Below are positions 57,894 to 64,000 of a stretch of DNA of 64,000 nucleotides, one piece after another (the first letter of the stretch is position 1; each line of letters begins with the position of its first letter). The stretch is from an uncultured Nitrososphaeraceae archaeon (lineage in GTDB: Archaea > Thermoproteota > Nitrososphaeria > Nitrososphaerales > Nitrososphaeraceae). A program made the position numbers and the translations under genes. The DNA lies in contig CAWGVG010000021.1 of NCBI GenBank assembly GCA_963825865.1, positions 1 to 64,000 of the forward strand, written 5' to 3'. A model generated the notes under the pieces. That model had not been told where the DNA came from. It did no database searches and saw only the letters and a program-made list of their open reading frames with translations.

Positions 57894-58055
57894 TGACGAT
57901 TTCTAATTGCGATCCTTAAGCTTAAATTTTTTTTGAATCAATGACCATATCATTATTAAGTTGAATAAATCTAAGGGCCAATGTTACATACTTACTGACC
58001 AGCATATAAGAACAACAACAAACAAATGATTATAAAAAAAGAAAACTACTGTTTA

Positions 58056-58331
58056 TTATTTCTTTTTGACATTTTCAATAGACATTATTTCATCGAATTG
58101 GTTATACATCTGCAAAAGGCGTACACCTTTTTCTGTTGTTCTAAAGAACTGCCTTCCTTCTTCATACTCTAGCAAACCATTTTCTAACAAAACCGTCAAG
58201 TATTCCTTTAGCTGCGCATAAGACAGGAATGCTTTGTACATTATTTTTGTCTTGGTAGCTCCACCACCATTGGCAGATTCTAGAATCAATCCAACGATAT
58301 CACTTCTGCTTCTGTATTTCATAACAATCAA
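58056..58331 (-). CDS. Winged helix-turn-helix transcriptional regulator (HTH_45-like)
   Basis: MKYRSRSDIVGLILESA..GATKTKIMYKAFLSYAQLKEYL..L.ENGLL...FRTTEKG. Confidence 0.88.
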   Translation of the reverse strand: MIVMKYRSRSDIVGLILESANGGGATKTKIMYKAFLSYAQLKEYLTVLLENGLLEYEEGRQFFRTTEKGVRLLQMYNQFDEIMSIENVKKK

Positions 58332-59186
58332 TATAACAAATGGATACTAACTATTTATGGGAATCCGTACTATTGATCTTAATATTTGATCATACTATCT
58401 GATCGAACAAGTGATCATTCTATTAGAACAGTTACAAATTAAGTATTGAGCTTATCATATGCCACAGTATTGGTACACTATAACGTCTAATTTCGAAAAC
58501 TATACCAGTTAACAAAAGTTCGCTAACAACTATCGACGTATTTCAACTCAAAATATTAGCAAAGTGTTAGTGAATTAATGTTAATTGGTATATTTAGTGT
58601 ATGGTAAGACCAACTATGATAGTATGTCAAGTATTACAAAGGTACCTGATACCTGCTATATACTTACTAAGGTCTTCTTTCTGTATCTACAAATCCAATG
58701 TCAGAAAGCATTTCAGATATTTCAGTAAACGAATAAGATCTTCCTTCATATGTCACTAAGATCATGTTAAGCTATTTAGAGCTGAAGGAATGGATTTGTC
58801 TTTTTATCATTTTACCAATTACCCATAAATCATAACAGTGTTTTTATCAGGCAAACTATCGTAAACCTTCCCTTATAGATCAGAAATGTTTTTCAATCCA
58901 GGTATACAATTTTAGCGTTGTAATGAACTCAATTAAATGTATAATACTCTAAAAATCGGAATCATCCAACTCATCAATGAATACTATTGAATTGATGAAA
59001 GAGGTCAAAAAAATAAAATGGTAGCACAAAATTGACTTCGAACCGGAGTTATTAGTCTAGGCATAGATATAATACCAGAAAAGTTGAAGTGGATTCAGAT
59101 GACTCGAACCAAGACTACAATCATTTGTATGTTGCAATTCTCCGAGTCAATTATGAGGATATGAGCGTATCTTTCCGTAAGTAAAG

Positions 59187-59270
59187 CGCGGGGAGTGGGA
59201 TTTGAACCCACGAGTTCTTTCGAACATGGGATTAGCAATCCCACGCCCTACCAGGCTAGGCGACCCCCGC
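59187..59270 (-). tRNA. tRNA-Ser(GCT)
   Basis: Cloverleaf: acceptor GCGGGGG/TCCCCGC, anticodon arm TGGGA-TTGCTAA-TCCCA, long variable arm, T-loop GGTTCAAATCC; CCA not encoded, no intron. Confidence 0.95.
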
Positions 59271-59437
59271 CCTAAAGCAAAAGACTCTAATAGCCATTAT
59301 ATTAATGGTAGGCAGATTAATAGGAAACTAAATGTTTGGATTTATATGCACAGATATGAGCAACTAGATGATATTAGAAAGTTTATAATCTTTTAGTTAA
59401 AAAGATTATAAAATAGGCAGGCTTCGTTATACTGTCT

Positions 59438-59875
59438 TTGAACCTCAAAGAGTCAAATGAGATATTCCGCAAGGCCATAATTAAGACTTACTTTGAGCCT
59501 AAATTACTAAAAATGGATTATCATAAATCTCTTGTTAAACATCCGTTCATTCAGGAAGACGGTTTAACAGTAGAAGATGTTTTACATCTATATTTTGACA
59601 TCATTACTGGAAATGATTATCCTGATGGCGACGAATGGTTCACTATTGAATATCTAATCCCTTTTAATATAAAATTACCTGACCATTTGAAAGGGCCTGA
59701 CTATTTTACAACAATTTCAATTTTAGAAGACAAACATTTCTGGAGACATAGGGAGTTAATTCGTTTCAAGTATGGTAAATCGAAGAAACTATTAGAGTCC
59801 TTAGAATTTATAGACAAAAAATATCGTGAACTCAGTAAAGCTTTACATGATTCATCAGTTACTAATCAATCATAG
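59438..59875 (+). CDS. Hypothetical protein
   Basis: 145-aa uninterrupted ORF with globular composition. Confidence 0.65.
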   Translation: MNLKESNEIFRKAIIKTYFEPKLLKMDYHKSLVKHPFIQEDGLTVEDVLHLYFDIITGNDYPDGDEWFTIEYLIPFNIKLPDHLKGPDYFTTISILEDKHFWRHRELIRFKYGKSKKLLESLEFIDKKYRELSKALHDSSVTNQS

Positions 59876-59887
59876 TAACAATAATAA

Positions 59888-60424
59888 TCACTTCTTCCAC
59901 TCATTGCTCTTAAAAAAATACTCTAAACCATCATCATCCTTTGCAAGATATGGAAGCCATTTAAAACTAACTTCATCATAAGAATAGGTAATTTCTTTTG
60001 TATTAGTAGGAAGCGTTCCCAGTTGTATAGGCACGATATCCACTAAATATTCAATTTTTTCAATACCCATTTCAAACTGTCTATCGCTCTTATTCATAAG
60101 TGAAAATATTAAATGCGATTTTATTCCTGTCATGACTCCACAAAAACACAAGGATGCTTTGATTCCTTTTTTACCTCTTCTTCGTTTCATTTCTTTAATA
60201 ATGCCCTTAATTTTGAACCATCTATCCATTGTAAAAAATTCAAAAAAAGATTCACCGAAGGGAATCGGAAATTCTATTTCAACCATGCTGACATATCTAC
60301 TATCGTCTATTGAAAGTTGCTCTTCCACTACTTCAAAAGGTCCTCTTAATGTATCATAAATAACTTCGATCTCAAAAAGCGCTATGCCATAATAACGAAA
60401 TTTGGCTATTCTTCCTATACTCAA
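59888..60424 (-). CDS. Hypothetical protein
   Basis: 178-aa uninterrupted ORF, convergent with the previous one. Confidence 0.65.
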   Translation of the reverse strand: MSIGRIAKFRYYGIALFEIEVIYDTLRGPFEVVEEQLSIDDSRYVSMVEIEFPIPFGESFFEFFTMDRWFKIKGIIKEMKRRRGKKGIKASLCFCGVMTGIKSHLIFSLMNKSDRQFEMGIEKIEYLVDIVPIQLGTLPTNTKEITYSYDEVSFKWLPYLAKDDDGLEYFFKSNEWKK

Positions 60425-60926
60425 CTATTAAGTTAAATAAGTATAAAAATTAAAACTTTTGATGAATGATGCCTATAGACGGGAGGATTTTATATTAGAT
60501 ATCTAGACTAACAATACGGTTTATTATGAAGTATGTAATATACTTACAACACGATCATTAGTATTTTCGGTGAATAAGTTAGAAGTTGGTGATCCAATAT
60601 TTTATATAAGTTGTAAGAGCCTATAAAAGGAAATATATCCTAACTTGTGTCTTCTTCAATTCCAATGGCACGTACTGGTGAGCCTGATGCGCCTATCAGT
60701 TTTAATGGCGTAACTATAAGTGTCAATCGTTGATTGTTTAATTTCTCTAAATTGCAAAGATTTTCTATTATTAGAGTGTCATTGGATAGGAAAATTTTAT
60801 GAGCAGTAAAGTTATTATCCACTCCTATGTCAATACTTGGGCCATCTATTGCAATGGCATTTACTTTCTTTTCGGCCAGAAATTTTGCAGCATCTGCAGA
60901 CAGCCCGGGGTTATCTGATACCTAAT

Positions 60927-61957
60927 TGTTGTACTTACACAGATGGGTAACAATTTTGATTACCTACATAGGTTACACTTTCTTGCTTCCTTTTTGTATA
61001 TGTCTTAGATTTAATTAACCTTTGTACAAACCTTTCAGAAGGAGTAAGATCATTTATTCCACCATGTTCCCTAGTTTCATTATATGCTTTGACAAACATA
61101 TCATACCTTAGTTTTCCATCATCAATACTTGTTATTTCTTCAACTGTCAAGAACTCATTCTTTACAATCTTGTTATATGCTTCTATCTTTCCTTGTAACT
61201 GTGGATATGAATTTGGAATTGGTTTATCCTTTATGTTATTCTTATATAGAAAGTGTTTGAATAGTTTAGATGTAAACTGCTTACCGTTGTCATGCATAAC
61301 TTTCCTGGGCTTTCCGTTATCCATAATCCACTCCTCTAGTACATTCAAAACATCAATGCTCCTCTTTCTTTCAGACCACTTGCTAGCAACTTTTCTTGAA
61401 CAGTCATCTATACAGCTTATCATGTAATTTCTTGTGCTAGAACAGCGTACGTAAAATGGTCCAAGTATATCCATTTGAAGCATGTCATTTGGATGTTTCA
61501 TTGCAAATCGCTTATACTTTCTATTATTCTTTACCTTACAGTTTAGAACGTTGAGAGTATGTTTTTTCAATGTCTTGTATATGGTTCTACTGCTCAATGA
61601 TACTCCAAGTCTTTTTAATCTGAACCTGATTCTACTACATACCAAAGGTCTTTAATCTTAAATCAAGTATTGTTTCTTCTATTTCTTTAGATACTTTGGT
61701 TTTGATGCTATGAGGCCTTCTAGATAGGTCTTTCAACCCGTCTATTCCGTGCTCTATGTATCTATTTTTCCACCTGTAATATGTCTTCCTAGATATTTCG
61801 TATTTATTGCAAATATCGCTAATACTATTACCAGTCCATTCATGTTCATGAATGAGATTGAATTTTGTTCTAATTTCTATAGAGATTTCCACTTCCTAGC
61901 AGAAGTGTTACCTATGTCTGTAAGTCTATATTGTTACCTATGTTTGTAAGTACAACA
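60927..61957 (-). mobile_element. IS481 family insertion sequence
   Basis: TGT...ACA ends; 28-bp imperfect TIR TGTTGTACTTACACAGATGGGTAACAAT; 6-bp target duplication CCTAAT/CATAAT (one mismatch). Confidence 0.88.
60935..61892 (-). CDS. IS481 transposase (rve integrase core; indel near 61640)
   Basis: HTH ISRKTYYRWKNRY...GL.D.SRRP; QMDI, IDDCSR, HDNGKQF, GKIEAY, YN..R.H. Confidence 0.88.
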
Positions 61958-62652
61958 CATAATTATTATCTTTTTCATAATGCTTTTCCCACCCTGTAGA
62001 AAATATTATAGTATCTTTTTCATATATGTTACAACCAGTTTCAATAATATCATCGCGAGTAATCATCTGATTAGCTTCCTGTTCCATTTTCAGCAACAAT
62101 GTATTCTTACAAACAAATCTATTAATCGCAACCTGGTTGATATTGTCAGCACCACTGATGAAATGAGAGGGCGCGTCTATATGAGTTCCCGTATGAGTAC
62201 TCAAAAACATTACTTCAGAATCATAGCCATGAATATCAAATTTTGACCATCTTATAAAAGAAGGTTTGGGGATCCTGGGAAGACCCTGATATTTGGTGAA
62301 ATTTCCAGTGTAAGGTCTACTATTTCATAACTATTATTTAATAAATATTTTGCTCTGTATATACGCTATGAAATAATATTAATAATCAGTTACAGATGAT
62401 TAATAAATAGATAAAACAGCATAATTATCTTCAGTTTTTAGTGACCATTCTAAAAGTCAATAAGGTTAAATACAACAGATTTAATTCATTATTGATATCA
62501 TGTTTTTATGTTACTAGTGAAAATTAGCCTTTCTTCCTTATTTGATCTAACCTACATGGTCCAGTTCCTAACTACAAATAGATAATAATAATCCTTTTAC
62601 AAAAATTGAGTTAAAAACAGTTTAATACTCACGGAGTAGATTTATCATTATA

Positions 62653-62919
62653 ATGCCAACAGCATATGTCTTAATTAACTGTGATCTTGGTTCCGAGGAA
62701 GAGATTATAAGAGAGGTAAAAAAATTGCCTGAAATTATTGAGGTTAGCGGTGTATACGGTGTTTATGATATTGTTGTGAAGATTAAATCAGATACAATGG
62801 ACAGACTAAGGGAAACTATTACTTGGCATGTAAGGAGAATTGATAAAGTAAGATCTACTCTAACTATGATTGTAATTGAGGGCCAAGGAGATAAAGGCAA
62901 GAAACAGCAATCATTTTAG
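62653..62919 (+). CDS. Stand-alone Lrp/AsnC ligand-binding (RAM) domain protein
   Basis: MPTAYVLINC..G.E...VYGVYDIVVKI...VRSTLTMIV. Confidence 0.9.
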   Translation: MPTAYVLINCDLGSEEEIIREVKKLPEIIEVSGVYGVYDIVVKIKSDTMDRLRETITWHVRRIDKVRSTLTMIVIEGQGDKGKKQQSF

Positions 62920-63032
62920 AATATTTTAATAGATGTGATAGTTCGCACGGCTTCTTCGCTGTTAAAAAAGTGACGTGATGCCTTAGATATCATAATCCAT
63001 TATATTCTGCATCTATCCAACTGACATATAAG

Positions 63033-63665
63033 TTGAACACTGCCTATAACGATATCCTGAGCTCAAATGGATTGAACACTCTAACATTTAACGATCCGTA
63101 TGCAAAGCTTTGTTTTACTGCAATGCTAGCATCACAATGTAAAAAACTAATCTATATTGACCTTGATACTGTATTTACTGCGTATGTGAAGGCAGGGTTA
63201 TTGCTGAAGAATATAATCAATTTTCATAAAACCATCGAGATTTACCTTCCGAGAGAAAACAGATTTGAATCAATTTTAACAGATATTATTAATTCAATGT
63301 CAGATTCTTCAATTGTTATTTTTGATTCTATCAACAGCTTTTACAACATGTATTATAAAAAAATTAACGCGGACTCAGGACATAAAATGAGTAACTTTAA
63401 TCACCTTCTTTCAATTTTTCTTATGTTACTCGTAAAACATGGCATATCTCTAAATATTCCGATTCTCGCGACTAGCATGATTCGTTACAAAAAAGATAAA
63501 GAATGGGTTCAGTCTCCTACTAGCAAACGACTTTTACAAAAAAAGAGTATCGTAAAACTAAATGTAAGTATGGTGAATGAAGAGGACCTTTCTGTAGAGA
63601 TAATAACACATCCTGTTCTAACTCCTGAGATAATTATTTTTCGAAATCAAGGGATCAAATTTTGA
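63033..63665 (+). CDS. Hypothetical protein with degenerate RecA-like fold
   Basis: IYIDLDT and IVIFDSINSFY strands; no intact Walker A. Confidence 0.55.
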   Translation: MNTAYNDILSSNGLNTLTFNDPYAKLCFTAMLASQCKKLIYIDLDTVFTAYVKAGLLLKNIINFHKTIEIYLPRENRFESILTDIINSMSDSSIVIFDSINSFYNMYYKKINADSGHKMSNFNHLLSIFLMLLVKHGISLNIPILATSMIRYKKDKEWVQSPTSKRLLQKKSIVKLNVSMVNEEDLSVEIITHPVLTPEIIIFRNQGIKF

Positions 63666-63676
63666 AAGATATCAGC

Positions 63677-63985
63677 CTAAAACCCAACATCAAAGATATT
63701 CCAAGGACGGCGAAACCTGCTGCCTAACAATCCTTCTTGACTTTTTGGGGTATTTGTTTTTCCCGATTTATAAAGCAAGAAAGCGCCAGCCATTCCCATA
63801 AATAGAATCATAGTTGTCACGATCGTTTCTCCTATTGTTTGTACTGACCTTGACGGTATGATGAAGGATCTAGCACCTCGCCCTCCTTCTATGATCGCGT
63901 TAAACAGGCCAGATGCTAAAGCGAAAAAGACCACAAGATAAGCAATAGCAACCATAAGTGCAAGTTTGGGAGATTTAGTAAGCAT
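63677..63985 (-). CDS. Small membrane protein, OSTC/OST3-like
   Basis: FFALASGLFNAII...SVQTIGETI...LFMGMAGAFLL; C-terminus probably frameshifted. Confidence 0.45.
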   Translation of the reverse strand: MLTKSPKLALMVAIAYLVVFFALASGLFNAIIEGGRGARSFIIPSRSVQTIGETIVTTMILFMGMAGAFLLYKSGKTNTPKSQEGLLGSRFRRPWNIFDVGF

Positions 63986-64000
63986 AGATGGTTTACCTTA

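Larger units (their letters stand above)
60640..62328 (-). pseudogene. Cyclase / kynurenine formamidase family metal hydrolase interrupted by IS481
   Basis: VDLTLEI..VFPGSP, HTGTHIDAPSHF, STGWE, NPGLSADAA, IDGPSID, IIENLCNL, GASGSPVRAI; re-joins as NNYVSDNPG. Confidence 0.85.

Noticed and set aside
59202-59396. 64-aa ORF (and the tail of ORF 57632-57919)
   Set aside because: Antisense read-through of tRNA-Ser or its relic copy; not protein-like.
1-64000. CRISPR array or cas genes
   Set aside because: No regularly spaced 25-40 bp repeats with unique spacers and no Cas motifs; the CTCCAC arrays are short, bidirectional and irregularly spaced.

Overview
AT-rich archaeal chromosome segment. Gene content (aIF2-alpha/Nop10, Lsm, Rio2, bacterial-type MetK, anaerobic cobalamin genes, Zn-ribbon-tailed tyrosine integrases, many small Zn-finger proteins) points to a soil ammonia-oxidising thaumarchaeon (Nitrososphaeraceae-like; inferred). 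Many genes, including housekeeping ones, are split by single-base indels, most likely long-read consensus errors, so the reading frames were re-joined by eye. The main finding is an ~18.1 kb integrative element (31130-49202) bounded by ~20-bp direct repeats. It sits inside an XPB/Rad25-like SF2 helicase gene and splits it into a 5' half (49183-50158) and a 3' half (30633-31150) that re-join in frame. The element carries its own intact, inverted homologue of that helicase (47505-48911), in which the att core is changed. It also encodes a tyrosine integrase, an apparently fused Prim-Pol / SF3-like helicase / family-B polymerase (~33815-38692), a putative ssDNA-binding protein, two iteron-like repeat arrays and cargo genes, but no capsid, conjugation or Cas1 genes. 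Also present: a decayed second integrase island at the left edge (terminase-like fragment, another XPB-like helicase), five IS copies (IS5-like x3, IS6, IS481), cobalamin genes, an orphan Dam methylase, dimeric dUTPases and tRNA-Ser(GCT). No CRISPR array or rRNA was seen.
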